A DNA stretch of 64,000 nucleotides from positions 407,147 through 471,146 of the forward strand of contig JALDTO010000155.1 in the NCBI GenBank assembly GCA_023515725.1, in the 5' to 3' direction. This stretch comes from Amoeboaphelidium protococcarum X5 (Eukaryota > Fungi > Aphelidiomycota). Position numbers and translations under genes: made by a program. Position 1 is the stretch's first letter; each line of letters starts with the position of its first letter. Below the pieces are notes generated by a model. It was not told the origin of the DNA, did no database searches, and was given only the letters and a program-made list of their open reading frames with translations. Positions 63,897-64,000 of the stretch are shown piece after piece.

Positions 63897-64000
63897 CTTC
63901 AACTATGTGCTTTTATTATATAAAAAAAGATAACTTCAGTAGTGATTCTCAGGGAGGAAGAAGACGGAAGAAGTGAATGTTTGTATTACTCAACGCTGGT

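Noticed and set aside
1-64000. Reading the many in-frame TAA/TAG as mass pseudogenisation, or the DNA as ciliate
   Set aside because: TAR sits at conserved Gln positions in essential genes; gene content (Reg1-, Dsf2-, Msy-like, CryptonF) and intron size are fungal/opisthokont-like.

Overview
Compact eukaryotic (fungal-relative) genomic DNA that uses a non-standard nuclear code: TAA/TAG = Gln, and TGA is the only stop. The supplied standard-code ORF track therefore fragments almost every gene. The code, the fungal/opisthokont gene content and short (about 57-76 nt) GT-AG introns fit an aphelid such as Amoeboaphelidium protococcarum; this is an inference. Hand re-translation gives about 40 genes. 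Housekeeping genes: RPL37, mL58, MIC10, IRC20/SHPRH, photolyase, MRM2, IDO, RAD9, SEN34, DCC1, SLX1, TMEM14, mL38, TMA7, GatB, RalGAP-alpha, MscS, TFB3, UBE2T, PEPCK. Accessory material: (i) three paralogous F-box-like orphans; (ii) an intact tyrosine-recombinase (CryptonF) transposon at the 3' end of a subtilisin gene; (iii) secreted EF-hand proteins ending in a roughly 50-aa hydrophobic segment, one with a Kex2-type KR site and three in a tandem array that includes a recent chimera; (iv) an island with a probable Crypton relic, a Crinkler-like REase+kinase gene and a SAM relic. The EF-hand/hydrophobic-tail proteins are the best candidate for an undescribed system: possible Ca2+-regulated, membrane-active effectors. 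All translations and counts were done by hand; no database searches were run.
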